Virus record (IMG/VR): IMGVR_UViG_3300037150_000196
Location: 1-52,522 of that record
Source: a virus
Taxonomy: Duplodnaviria; Caudoviricetes
Length of the DNA stretch: 52,522 bases
Reading direction: 5' to 3' (one strand)
Position numbers and translations under genes: made by a program. Numbering within the stretch: position 1 is the first letter of the stretch; each line of letters begins with the position of its first letter. This document shows, piece after piece, positions 6,636-15,925 of this stretch. Under the pieces are notes generated by a model, which had not been told where the DNA came from, searched no databases, and was given only the letters and a program-made list of their open reading frames with translations.

Positions 6636-8559
6636 CGGCCTCCTTTAACTGTTCTTTGGCGATAAATAGAAACTCGCTGGCCGTTTGTGGTGTTATGGTT
6701 TGAAAATTAGACTTAGCAGACTTCGTTTCTAGCTCTTGTTGCTTCTGTAATAGTTGAAGTTCCATCTGCTTGATCTCTTCTAGGCGAATCGGATCACCAG
6801 CACATTCTCGCTTGGCAATTGTTATTTGGATTTGGCGAACGAAATCACGCAACTGATCTTTAAGGATAGCGGTCGTAATAGATGGTTGTGCAACCGGTTG
6901 CACGCTTGGCATATTAGAAACTGGATTGGCCGTACCGTTATCTAACTGCGGTACTTGTGGGGTTTGTGTCGGTTCAATTGTCTCATCAGCGGTATGTTCT
7001 GAAAAGTCCTCATCTTCTTCATTGGGATCTTCTACATCTGGTTTATACGGCGGTGTACCAGGCACAAGTGGTAGCGGTGGGGCAGCTTGAGCAATTGCTG
7101 GCAAGGAATCAAGAATCTCTTCCAGTTTTTGTTTGAACTCTCTAACAGCCTCAGCATCAGCATCTTTAAACGGTAAGTTCATAAGCTCTCGGATATATTG
7201 CTCATCAGCCAGATCGGTTGTAATTGTTCCATTTAAGACTAATTGGTTAATGGCTGCACTTAGGACTTGAATATTGGGATCGCCCAATGGGGCGTGGTCA
7301 AGTTTTGGAATCGCGACATTGTCACCAAAGTTAATTCTTACTAATCGTTCAATAACGTCTTTCTGAATAGAGGCTTCCAGATTATCAGCTTCCGCTTCCA
7401 AGGCGTCCATAAAGAAGTCCGATTGTGATTCAGCAACAGCCCGAGAACCAGAGCCTTTACCAACCGAGTTACCTAGTTCAACAAACTGAGCTAAGACAAC
7501 CTTTAGAATCTGACGGTCATGGTAAAGTAAGGTATCAACTGGATTTCGGAGTGTACCAGCTTTCATATCCATAAAATCAAATAAGAAGCCTTCAGGTGCT
7601 TCGATATAACCGGCTTGGTTGGCTCGTGAGTTCTGAGCAGCTTGACGAGCTAAATTCTTATCCTCTTCGGTCGCCTGTTGTGGTGTGGTAATTGTAAGAA
7701 TACCTAGACCTTGCTTCTCTAAAGCCATAGCGTCGATCTCCTCAACACCCTTTTTAATATACCAATGTTTGTAAGCAGGGCGTAATAGAGAAAGTCCCGC
7801 AAAATTATCACCCTCTTTTTGGTGGGTAATATAGACTAATTTTTCTCTAGGGATCGAAAGCGTACCACCGGACGGCACGATCTGAGTCACACCTTGTTGG
7901 TCAAACTGAGTTACCCATGAGAAAATAGTTCGTTGTTTACGCGAGGCGATCTCGTCAAGACCAATATAGGTTTTGCCCTCAAAAACATCTGACTTATAAA
8001 GTAATTCACCGACATAGAAACCAAACTCGAACTCAGTTAGCATCTCTTCAATCGTGTGTTTCCAGTTTAGGTTTTCAAAGAGCTGTTTGGCGACCCATTG
8101 CTGAATCATCAAGTCTTCGGGTGATTGAGAGGCTGGATCAATAAACCATTTAGCAGCAATAATAGGTAATTTACAGACTAATAAAGCCGCCCTAACCGTA
8201 CCATCAGATCGACGCATCTTGTCGTAAATATCTATCCCGTTCCAACCCGTTAGTTCAAGATTGTATTCTTCAAGGGTAATAATACCTTGAAAAATTAAAG
8301 TACCGGATTGACCGAACTGCCGGCCGGACTTAGCTAACTCAACGCCAAATCCTTCACTGTCTGGCATGGGCGGTGGCACAGGTGGACGAACAACGCCCAT
8401 AGAATAGGCTTCAACGGTTGGCGGCGCTTGATCTGCCCATGGTTTATTTGGAGCGACTGGATTTAGTGGGACGGGTAAGTTACCAGGTAAAATCTGACCA
8501 TAGCCAAGAGTCGTTGCTGGTGGCAAGTTTGGCGTATTCAAAGCTTGAGATGGTGTCAT
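6568..8559 (-). CDS. Portal protein (Mu gp29/DUF935-like) with Pro-rich and acidic extensions
   Basis: Follows TerL. Motifs YDKMRRSDGTV, GF.V.E, GLSLLRPAY.HW..K, HDRQI.K.VL.Q and GSRA. Confidence 0.88.
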   Translation of the reverse strand: MTPSQALNTPNLPPATTLGYGQILPGNLPVPLNPVAPNKPWADQAPPTVEAYSMGVVRPPVPPPMPDSEGFGVELAKSGRQFGQSGTLIFQGIITLEEYNLELTGWNGIDIYDKMRRSDGTVRAALLVCKLPIIAAKWFIDPASQSPEDLMIQQWVAKQLFENLNWKHTIEEMLTEFEFGFYVGELLYKSDVFEGKTYIGLDEIASRKQRTIFSWVTQFDQQGVTQIVPSGGTLSIPREKLVYITHQKEGDNFAGLSLLRPAYKHWYIKKGVEEIDAMALEKQGLGILTITTPQQATEEDKNLARQAAQNSRANQAGYIEAPEGFLFDFMDMKAGTLRNPVDTLLYHDRQILKVVLAQFVELGNSVGKGSGSRAVAESQSDFFMDALEAEADNLEASIQKDVIERLVRINFGDNVAIPKLDHAPLGDPNIQVLSAAINQLVLNGTITTDLADEQYIRELMNLPFKDADAEAVREFKQKLEEILDSLPAIAQAAPPLPLVPGTPPYKPDVEDPNEEDEDFSEHTADETIEPTQTPQVPQLDNGTANPVSNMPSVQPVAQPSITTAILKDQLRDFVRQIQITIAKRECAGDPIRLEEIKQMELQLLQKQQELETKSAKSNFQTITPQTASEFLFIAKEQLKEADDFLRTRERIKKAQNHSHSHLI

Positions 8560-8565
8560 GTATAA

Positions 8566-8594
8566 AGCGTATGTCTTACTATTCCTTTGGTCAA
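8566..8594 (-). promoter_or_regulatory. Late-type promoter of the portal gene (probably leaderless)
   Basis: TTGACC-17-TACGCT, 6 nt before the ATG at 8559. Confidence 0.55.
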
Positions 8595-8598
8595 GATA

Positions 8599-10167
8599 CT
8601 AAAAGTTTTTACCTTGCAATCCACCGAAACCACTAAATCGATCACTGTTTCTTTTTTCTGGATCTGGTCGGACTGGTTCGTTACTATTCAACTCTCTTCT
8701 AAAATCTTCGATATTTAATTCTGGTTTATAATTAGACCCATAAGTTCCTATTCTTGGGCCAGACAGACATAGCATAAGTGCGTCAGCGTCGTTATAGGAA
8801 AGAACTCCACGAGCTTTTAACTCATCCTTGCTTTCGATAATTCTGTTCTTATCACTTTGAGTTTTAAAAGCGACTTCGGTTAATTGGTTCCAATCGCCTT
8901 CGCCAAGTTTACCACCCAAATTAACAATCCAGTCATAGAGTTGGAAAAACGCCCAAGCTTTGACGTTGCGGTAACCTTCATCAGCTTTTCCAGTTAGATT
9001 CACTGGTGCGCTTGCGCCGACAATAATATCTTTAGCTGGGAAGCCGAGCTCTCTTAATCTTTTACCCACAGTGTAACCCATACCCGTTGCATCAACATTG
9101 ATTATGGACGGATTTAACTCTTTTAGGATACTTTGATATTCACCTATTTGAGCCATTGGATCATCGTTAGAACTTTCATAGACTCTTTTAGCATAGCGAG
9201 CATACTTAGCTACAATCGAAGTCTTGTCTGGTCTTCCCGAGCCTACATCTATTCCAATAACCGGTCTGTCGGTTGGACTAATACTAGGCTCGGTTATTAT
9301 CTTAGTCTTAGGATCGGCCTGTATTCTCGCCATAATTATTTGTTCAAGTTTAAATAGTCTAGTATAGCCGCCCTGGACTAAGCCTGATGGATCAGGGAAC
9401 TTACAAAGATACAAAGATTCATACTGAGGGCGTTTACTGGCTTCGTTTAAGAATGTTTGCGTATAAATCCCTTCACGAACCGCTCTTAATCCGTCCACAG
9501 TCAAAGAAACGTAATTATCTTCACCCATTAAAGCTCGGTAATAGTGATCACAATAGGTCTCCCTAGTGATAGCGTTACCAAGTTTAATGATCCGACCATT
9601 CGGCCAACCGGCAATCATACGCAAAACAACTGCCTCGGTTTCATTACTCGTTAAAGACGCTTCCTCAAAGACAATAATCTCGTCACCCTTACCCAAAACA
9701 CTCCGACGTTTTTCAACATTATCACGTTCGTTTAAAGTGATCGCTCGTATATGACCCGTGCCGTGTCCTGAATCCTTGAAGGAAATGAACTTCTTACTTT
9801 CGTTTGACTTTAATCGTTCAACTTTCTGCTCGCCACCTTGAAGCATAAGATTTTGAAAGAACTCTTTGCGATCAATCATTTCAATAAAATACTGAAGCGG
9901 TGTAACGGCTTGCTCTTCTTTTGGAGCAACGATTGTTATTCCGTAACCAGTCGCTGCCAATAATCCTAACGCTTTAGCGGCTGCTCGTGACTTTTGAATC
10001 TGAGTTGCGCCCAGAATAGCGACACGAGGTAACTCCATATTTAAAACCAAGGCCACAATCTCCGCTTGAGCTTCTTTTAACTCTTCGCCGTAATAATCTA
10101 CGGAAACTTGAGCCGCCCTTTCCGGTGTTACTCTAGCAGTCTTCCAAAAGTTGGAATCTGCGAGCAT
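8599..10167 (-). CDS. terL: Terminase large subunit
   Basis: Walker A-like GATQIQKS, Walker B IIVFEEA, RNase H-like IGIDVG, VDATGMG, ESKDELK.RG..S.NDADAL. Confidence 0.88.
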   Translation of the reverse strand: MLADSNFWKTARVTPERAAQVSVDYYGEELKEAQAEIVALVLNMELPRVAILGATQIQKSRAAAKALGLLAATGYGITIVAPKEEQAVTPLQYFIEMIDRKEFFQNLMLQGGEQKVERLKSNESKKFISFKDSGHGTGHIRAITLNERDNVEKRRSVLGKGDEIIVFEEASLTSNETEAVVLRMIAGWPNGRIIKLGNAITRETYCDHYYRALMGEDNYVSLTVDGLRAVREGIYTQTFLNEASKRPQYESLYLCKFPDPSGLVQGGYTRLFKLEQIIMARIQADPKTKIITEPSISPTDRPVIGIDVGSGRPDKTSIVAKYARYAKRVYESSNDDPMAQIGEYQSILKELNPSIINVDATGMGYTVGKRLRELGFPAKDIIVGASAPVNLTGKADEGYRNVKAWAFFQLYDWIVNLGGKLGEGDWNQLTEVAFKTQSDKNRIIESKDELKARGVLSYNDADALMLCLSGPRIGTYGSNYKPELNIEDFRRELNSNEPVRPDPEKRNSDRFSGFGGLQGKNF

Positions 10168-10784
10168 TACTTATCCCCACCGAGCCACTTACGCAATAAG
10201 GCGTTGTGTTCGATTAGTTCCTCTTGACCGATAACCGTTAGTGTTTCAGGAAGTTTTCCATCCATGTTTTCAAATATGAACTGGATTGCTCTCATGTCCC
10301 CTTTTTTAACTGCTAGTTCAATCGCCGTCGCAGCGACAGCTTTTTTAGCGTTAGGGGTATTCTCCATCTGGTCGCGTAAAATATCTCGCATAGTTTCTCC
10401 CTTGTGGGGTTGACCCAACCTATTGATATCTTGTGGACGTTCTCCTAAACCGCCTTTACCGGTAGGGTTGTTATTTTTATTACTATTTTTTGGCTTAACT
10501 TCTTGGTTTAACTTGGCTTGTATTTTAGCATCACTAAGTATCTTTTTTTTACCTATTTTCCCCTTTGGTCTTCCTACTTTTTTCTTTGGTTCGCTCACCT
10601 GTTCTTTTTTTACTTTTATTATTAAAACTTTATTTATTGCGTCCCAACTACCCTGAACGCTCTCTGTTAAAATAACATCCCCTATTAATTCGCCTTTATT
10701 AATTAGTTTATCGCCTATTTTAAGGTTAAAAAGGGCTTTGTTTTCTTTAATTAAATTGACTGATTTATATTGTTTAGTTTCCAT
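10167..10784 (-). CDS. Terminase small subunit (probable)
   Basis: Directly upstream of TerL. NPTGKGG...NR.G.P and A.KGD.RAI.FI...DGK motifs of small subunits. Confidence 0.65.
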   Translation of the reverse strand: METKQYKSVNLIKENKALFNLKIGDKLINKGELIGDVILTESVQGSWDAINKVLIIKVKKEQVSEPKKKVGRPKGKIGKKKILSDAKIQAKLNQEVKPKNSNKNNNPTGKGGLGERPQDINRLGQPHKGETMRDILRDQMENTPNAKKAVAATAIELAVKKGDMRAIQFIFENMDGKLPETLTVIGQEELIEHNALLRKWLGGDK

Positions 10785-10792
10785 CTACTTAA

Positions 10793-11764
10793 TTATACCC
10801 TAAACGCTTCCTGTCCAATTGGTATGAAAATAGTCTCGTCAGGCTGATTGGTATGAGTTTGGTTTCCGCCTTGTAATGTACTTCTCTGAGGAAAACTACG
10901 TATAACTACAAAATCATCAGGTGCATTATATTCGCTAATGTATATCTTGTTGGTTTTTGATACTTTCCGCGCCCAACTCCAAAACCTGTCATGGTCAAAT
11001 GCATCTTCTTTATATTCGGCAGTACCCCTATATGGTGGGTCGCAATAAATAATAGCATCGGATGGTATAGGTACTTCGTTATAATTACAAGAATATAGCT
11101 GCAGTTGCTCCAGTCGCTCCAGTCGCTGCAGTTGCTCCAGTCGCTCCAGTTGCTGCAGTTGCTCCAGTCGCTGCAGTTGCTCCAGTCGCTCCAGTTGCTG
11201 CAGTTGCTGCAGTCGCTCCAGTTCGTACACCCGTGTCTTTAATCTATGGCTTGTTCTAGCCAATCCCAGCCGTCTTTTATGCCAACTGTCTAACTTAAGT
11301 ATCTCATCTAAGTATCTTTGAGGTATTAAATCTCCCAAACCAGATGTGTCTTTGTTTATAACTAACATATGACCAGCACGTTTAAGTGGTTCAACTTCTT
11401 TCCCAAAGAGATATTCTGACTGACTATTTCCAAAAGACCAAATACATTGAACGTAGCCCACAAACCAATCATCATAATTGCCTGGGTTGGCCTTCACGTC
11501 TAAAAACATCTCCCTAGTAATAAACTCGGGCGTAAAAACACTGTCGTTAAATCCGCCACTGATCGCCTTACGTATAAGCTCGATCACATACTTGTTTTTA
11601 TCATTAGCGATAACCATCCAGCCCTTTTCATAAAACTTCTCCCCTATAGCAAGACCCCCACAAAATAAATCAACTAAAGTGGTTGCTTTAGGGTTAAGGT
11701 TTTTTATCGCAAGATATATTTTTAGAGCCGATTTTCTTTTACTGCCCATATATGGTACAGGCAT
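10793..11764 (-). CDS. DNA adenine methyltransferase (Dam/D12-like) with an internal L-[EQ]-[RQ] repeat
   Basis: PYMGSK, VDLFCGG, IYCDPPY and ISEY motifs. Confidence 0.88.
   Translation of the reverse strand: MPVPYMGSKRKSALKIYLAIKNLNPKATTLVDLFCGGLAIGEKFYEKGWMVIANDKNKYVIELIRKAISGGFNDSVFTPEFITREMFLDVKANPGNYDDWFVGYVQCIWSFGNSQSEYLFGKEVEPLKRAGHMLVINKDTSGLGDLIPQRYLDEILKLDSWHKRRLGLARTSHRLKTRVYELERLQQLQQLERLEQLQRLEQLQQLERLEQLQRLERLEQLQLYSCNYNEVPIPSDAIIYCDPPYRGTAEYKEDAFDHDRFWSWARKVSKTNKIYISEYNAPDDFVVIRSFPQRSTLQGGNQTHTNQPDETIFIPIGQEAFRV
11097..11222 (-). repeat. 9-bp tandem repeat CTG(G/C)AGC(G/A)A, about 13-14 units
   Basis: Visible directly. Encodes LERLQQLQQLERLEQ... Confidence 0.95.
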
Positions 11765-11766
11765 AA

Positions 11767-12261
11767 TTAGACCTCAAAGCTATGACCACACTCAGGGCAA
11801 GTTACCGTTTGTGGTTTTTCGCTTATAGTTCTATCCTCCGTACCCACAATGTCACCAAAATTACTTAGTAATTGTTTTAGATCACTTGTCTTCCCTAAAT
11901 CAACATGATAATCACCCAGTTCTATTTTGGGGATATTAATAACCAACTCGGCTAATTGTTGCTCGTCGTAATAACCGGCTCGGTCGTTAGCTGATAGGGC
12001 ATACTTAGTCATCGTCTCTTGATCCTGGGCGTCCACTACCCAAACGTCGACGGGATCAATACCAATCTCTTGGAAAGCTTTGAGCCTCATATTGCCAGAA
12101 AGAACTATGTTGTCTTGGTTTATTAAGAGTGGAGCGTAAACCCCTAATGTTTTAATTTGTTTGAGGAGTCGAGAATAACCTTCGGTTGTAATTCCCCTTG
12201 GATTTAGGGTCCACCCCTTAAGAGTAGATAGTGGGACTGTTTTTTTATCCAGTATACTCAT
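11767..12261 (-). CDS. ParB/Srx N-terminal domain protein with a C-terminal CxxC ribbon
   Basis: NPR.I, PLLIN..NIVLSGNMRLKA and terminal CPECGHSF. Common next to terminase genes. Confidence 0.8.
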   Translation of the reverse strand: MSILDKKTVPLSTLKGWTLNPRGITTEGYSRLLKQIKTLGVYAPLLINQDNIVLSGNMRLKAFQEIGIDPVDVWVVDAQDQETMTKYALSANDRAGYYDEQQLAELVINIPKIELGDYHVDLGKTSDLKQLLSNFGDIVGTEDRTISEKPQTVTCPECGHSFEV

Positions 12262-12452
12262 ATCTTACCTTCTCCAAAGTACTTATAACACTTGCTACAC
12301 ATCTTGAAGGGGTAGTGGCTACTATACAACTGCTGGATTTGATGACCTTTTAAGCCGCAGAATAAGTACCTTAAGCGAATCCCGATTACCCAGGGTCTGT
12401 TAATAAAAACTAACCATAAATAGTGTTTAACTTTAAGCCAATTATTTTTTAT
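12258..12452 (-). CDS. Small Cys/His protein (64 aa, DUF1660-like), probable ATA start
   Basis: AAGGAGG, 5 nt, then ATA. Open frame with LFCGLKGH...CSKC ending in an ATGA overlap with the ParB-like gene. Not in the ORF track. Confidence 0.55.
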   Translation of the reverse strand: MKNNWLKVKHYLWLVFINRPWVIGIRLRYLFCGLKGHQIQQLYSSHYPFKMCSKCYKYFGEGKI

Positions 12453-12473
12453 AGTAACCTCCTTTTAAGATAG

Positions 12474-12635
12474 TGTAGCACAGAAAACAACTACCTACGA
12501 AGTGACCGCCATCAACCAAGTAAATACTTAAATGTCTATAAAATGACGGAGTTTGGTATACCAAGTGACAACCAAATGGCAACCCAGGTTAGGTTAGGTA
12601 AGGTTAGGTTAGGTAAGAATACTAATACATGTTGA
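12474..12635 (+). pseudogene. 3' relic of a replisome-organiser-type initiator gene
   Basis: Frame bounded upstream by TAG reads ENNYLRSDRHQPSKY...NQMATQVRLGKVRLGK. It includes (AGGT[T/A])x6 at 12586-12615. Confidence 0.55.
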
Positions 12636-12724
12636 CTTTAGTAAAATAAGTGCTTAATGTGAAGTTAGTAAAAGTAAATAATCGTTTTTTAGTCTATGCG
12701 GACTACTAAGCAAAGGAGGAAAAT

Positions 12725-12922
12725 ATGCCTAAGTACGAAGGTCAACAAACTCTACGAGAGATTATGGAGTGGATTTTAGCGCACCGTAAAGACACAAGTG
12801 CGATGGATAGGATAAGCCGAGCTACTTATCCTTTTACGACACACTTTTTAAATAAAACTATGGCTGAAGCAACGGATATTATCTTGGGGGAAGAAGATGA
12901 AAACCAGAATAATTCAAACTAG
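12725..12922 (+). CDS. Hypothetical protein
   Basis: Strong SD AAGGAGG. First gene of the plus-strand arm. Confidence 0.7.
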   Translation: MPKYEGQQTLREIMEWILAHRKDTSAMDRISRATYPFTTHFLNKTMAEATDIILGEEDENQNNSN

Positions 12923-13565
12923 GTTTTGGGAAGATGAGTTAAACGATAATATAGGTTTAGAGGCGCAGCATTTATATATTTATCTTTTAACCTGCCAGCA
13001 AGTGAATATTTGTGGATATTTCCAACTTCGTGATGGCACTATAAAGTTTCAAGCTAAGCTAACTGATAAACAACTAGAAGTAGCTAAGATTGATCTTGAA
13101 AAAAATAAAAAAGTATTTTTTAAAGATGGGTGGATTTGGGTCTGTAATGCTCGAAAAAATAATCACTATGAAAACAGTGAGTTAAATAAAGTTGCTTGTG
13201 AAAAAGAATTATCAGTGATTCCAGATAGTATTAAAGATTATTTCAATACTACTATTGATAGTAGTATATATACTAACCATAAACAAGAAATAATAAATAA
13301 TAAATCAGAAATAAGAAATAAGAAAGAGGAGATTACTTTACAGAAAGAAGGGGATAAAAAATCAAAAGAGTATGTAATTGATAACTTAGAGTTATTTAAA
13401 AGTAAGTTTCCAAGCATCGATGTTGAATTTGAGTTTCAACATATGTGTGATTGGTTAGCAACGAAAGGTAAAGAGACTAAAGATTGGTCCGCTCGATTTA
13501 GGATGTGGCTTAACAGTGACATACCCAAAAAACAATCAAATAAAATAATAGCGAGGGAGACGTAG
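12897..13565 (+). CDS. Replication initiator protein (probable)
   Basis: RII.T.FW.D...LYIYLLT winged-helix-type N-terminus, low-complexity linker, C-terminal KDWSARFRMWL. Upstream of the helicase. Confidence 0.75.
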   Translation: MKTRIIQTRFWEDELNDNIGLEAQHLYIYLLTCQQVNICGYFQLRDGTIKFQAKLTDKQLEVAKIDLEKNKKVFFKDGWIWVCNARKNNHYENSELNKVACEKELSVIPDSIKDYFNTTIDSSIYTNHKQEIINNKSEIRNKKEEITLQKEGDKKSKEYVIDNLELFKSKFPSIDVEFEFQHMCDWLATKGKETKDWSARFRMWLNSDIPKKQSNKIIARET

Positions 13566-13571
13566 GGAGAC

Positions 13572-14483
13572 ATGAAGAAATATAACGGATTAACAGATGA
13601 GGCAATTAGGCAAGAGCTACACCTGGCTTTAGCCGAGTTAGAAAAACGTGGTCAGAAGGTATTTGAAGAACAGAATATTGAACCAGTAACCTTAAGTGAT
13701 AGTTATGACGCTATGATTAAATCATGGAGTGATAAATCTGAGTTACACTGGCCGTTCGTCTCTTTAGAAAAAAGATTAGGGGGTTATTGGCCTGGGGAAC
13801 TTTATACAATCGGCGGAACGACCGGAATTGGTAAATCTCTTTTAACCGCCTACTTGGTTTTAAGATATGTTTTGGATGGCGGTAAAGCACTTTACTTCTC
13901 AACAGAAATGCCCAATAAAGAGACGACTCAACGTATGTACCATATGTGGCAAAACTACCTTCAAGATAAGGATAATTTTGTAAACTTATATTTAGAATAC
14001 GGAGACGAAAAGTATTCTGTTACACCGGATATTATCGAGTTGATGTTAAAAAGAAACAAGGAACGGTCTGAGACTGGTATGGATAAACGCTATACTCTGG
14101 TTGTGATCGATAACCTCCATTGGTTTATGCGCGGTGGCGAAAGTGTTTCAGAGGATATTGGTATCGTAACAAAGCGTATGAAAGAACTAGCCCTGAGATA
14201 TGATGTTAGTATTATCCTTGTAAGCCATGTTAACCGAACGGCGGCCATGGGAGAGAAAAACAAAACACCGGCGATGGCTCAGCTTAAGGGATCGAGTTAC
14301 ATAGAACAAGATTCGGATGCAGTGATTATGATCACTAGAATGAAAGATGAGTATGGTAAAAGTATAAATAAATCCCTAATAAGTCTTGAAAAAAACCGGC
14401 GCAATGGTAGGACGTTTCAAGATGTTGAGCTAACTGTTGATAAGAATTTATGCTTTAGGCAAACTGGTAATGACCCAGAGTAA
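13572..14483 (+). CDS. DnaB-like replicative helicase (C-terminal RecA domain)
   Basis: Walker A GGTTGIGKS, FSTEM, VVIDNL, LVSHVNR, LKGSSYIEQDSD and KNRRNG. Confidence 0.9.
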   Translation: MKKYNGLTDEAIRQELHLALAELEKRGQKVFEEQNIEPVTLSDSYDAMIKSWSDKSELHWPFVSLEKRLGGYWPGELYTIGGTTGIGKSLLTAYLVLRYVLDGGKALYFSTEMPNKETTQRMYHMWQNYLQDKDNFVNLYLEYGDEKYSVTPDIIELMLKRNKERSETGMDKRYTLVVIDNLHWFMRGGESVSEDIGIVTKRMKELALRYDVSIILVSHVNRTAAMGEKNKTPAMAQLKGSSYIEQDSDAVIMITRMKDEYGKSINKSLISLEKNRRNGRTFQDVELTVDKNLCFRQTGNDPE

Positions 14484-14721
14484 GTTCTTATTCTACGAGA
14501 TAGAGCGAAAAAGGTTCGAGGACTTAATTAAAAGTACCTTAGCTAAAACTCGTGATCTGCTGGGCTATGAGGTTGATATTGCTGAAGCTAATTACTTATA
14601 CTATACCAGTGCCTTTGCTCAGCCCAGGAATAAGTATAGTTTGAGGGCAATAATAGATACCGTTGAGACGTATTACTGGTATCTTAACTGGTTAAAAAAG
14701 GATCTATATAAAAACAAGTAA
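14437..14721 (+). CDS. Hypothetical protein (start probably ATG at 14470)
   Basis: ORF coupled to the end of the helicase gene. Confidence 0.55.
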   Translation: MIRIYALGKLVMTQSKFLFYEIERKRFEDLIKSTLAKTRDLLGYEVDIAEANYLYYTSAFAQPRNKYSLRAIIDTVETYYWYLNWLKKDLYKNK

Positions 14722-14755
14722 TTGTCATGGCGCCACGAATTGTAACAAATGGCTA

Positions 14756-14784
14756 TTGACAAGCTAACGAACGTATGCTATAAT
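14756..14784 (+). promoter_or_regulatory. Consensus sigma70 promoter
   Basis: TTGACA-17-TATAAT. Confidence 0.85.
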
Positions 14785-14815
14785 TTAATCAATATAAGTT
14801 AAGTTGGAGGAAAAT

Positions 14816-14950
14816 ATGGAATATAACCTAGTAGTAACGTATGAGTCTGGTGAACAAGTATCTGTTACGAGCGATAGTATTAAGGCTGTTGTACAAGCTT
14901 TTGACCTAGCGAGTTCGAGTAACCTAAACACAACTTTGGAGGAATTATAA
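14816..14950 (+). CDS. Small hypothetical protein (44 aa)
   Basis: GGAGG SD and ATG after the promoter. Open frame to TAA. Confidence 0.6.
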   Translation: MEYNLVVTYESGEQVSVTSDSIKAVVQAFDLASSSNLNTTLEEL

Positions 14951-14951
14951 T

Positions 14952-15248
14952 ATGAACTACGGAACCTGGACTACGTTTGATTGCCCGACCGGTGATTTTA
15001 CAAAAGCTCATAATTGGTTAAAGGGCGAAGTCGAGAAGATTGGAGGTATGGTTAGGATTATAGATAACCCCCACGACTTAGGGACTTATAAGAGTTTTGA
15101 GATTGATAAACCCATCGAACTGGAAGGTGTTGATGAGGAGACTGAGGATCTAGAACTACAGGCCAGATTAAATAACTGGGTTATTGGGATAAATCAAATA
15201 GAAGATGATTATTCGGAGAGGTTCTTTGGAGGCGATAATGAACAATAA
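14952..15248 (+). CDS. Hypothetical protein
   Basis: GGAGG SD; in the ORF track. Confidence 0.7.
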   Translation: MNYGTWTTFDCPTGDFTKAHNWLKGEVEKIGGMVRIIDNPHDLGTYKSFEIDKPIELEGVDEETEDLELQARLNNWVIGINQIEDDYSERFFGGDNEQ

Positions 15249-15537
15249 AATAGCCCAACTAAACGACTTAGTACGTCAAGGTACAGATGGTTACTCTTTG
15301 ACAGTTGGTATTCAGGAGTTAAGAGATATACCAGGGTTACTTTATGAGATTAAAGAATATAAAAGTTTTACAGAGGATAATGATCCTTATGGTGAGCATG
15401 ATTTTGGAACACTAGAATGGGATGGTGAACTAGTAAATTGGAAAATAGATTACTACGATCAAGCACTGCGTAACTGGTGCGATCCATTGTCCAGTAATTG
15501 TAGAAGGGTAGTAACTATTATGTTGGCAGGAGAATGA
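15205..15537 (+). CDS. DUF3768-like protein (start probably ATG at 15238)
   Basis: IAQLND..R, F..DNDPYGEHDFG, WKIDYYD and RV.TIMLA.E motifs. Confidence 0.8.
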   Translation: MIIRRGSLEAIMNNKIAQLNDLVRQGTDGYSLTVGIQELRDIPGLLYEIKEYKSFTEDNDPYGEHDFGTLEWDGELVNWKIDYYDQALRNWCDPLSSNCRRVVTIMLAGE

Positions 15538-15704
15538 CGAATAGTGCCGCTAGTGAATTAGGTAAACTATCAGTTATTAAACGGCGTAAGTTAGCTGGTG
15601 GTCAGGAAGGTTTTAGAAGGCGTATGCAGGAGATCGCTAAGCTGCCCCGTAAAAAGGTACCAAAAACACCACTTGACAAAGGCTCTACAAAGGTTATTAT
15701 ATAA
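15534..15704 (+). CDS. Small basic protein (56 aa)
   Basis: ATGA overlap with the previous gene. Reads AASELGK...RMQEIAKLPRK. Confidence 0.5.
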   Translation: MTNSAASELGKLSVIKRRKLAGGQEGFRRRMQEIAKLPRKKVPKTPLDKGSTKVII

Positions 15705-15711
15705 GTAATAT
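15670..15711 (+). promoter_or_regulatory. Early-type sigma70 promoter, near-identical to 22383-22424
   Basis: TTGACA-16-TATTAT; 38 of 42 nt identical to the copy at 22383. Confidence 0.75.
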
Positions 15712-15733
15712 AAGGTTAATAAGGAGGAAGAAC

Positions 15734-15925
15734 ATGAACGAGAATACGTTCGAAACTGTGCTTGAGAAACGGTTAGAGACTGAGATAAACGAAGATGAAG
15801 CGATCAGAGCTGCGTTGGCCGATATGACCGGAGGTGGATCGGATTACTGGCAGGATGGTGTTTCGAACTATCAGATTAGACTGATAAAGGAACAATTTAG
15901 TAACCTATTAAGGGTAAGGGTATGA
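15734..15925 (+). CDS. Hypothetical protein
   Basis: AAGGAGG SD. Confidence 0.65.
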   Translation: MNENTFETVLEKRLETEINEDEAIRAALADMTGGGSDYWQDGVSNYQIRLIKEQFSNLLRVRV

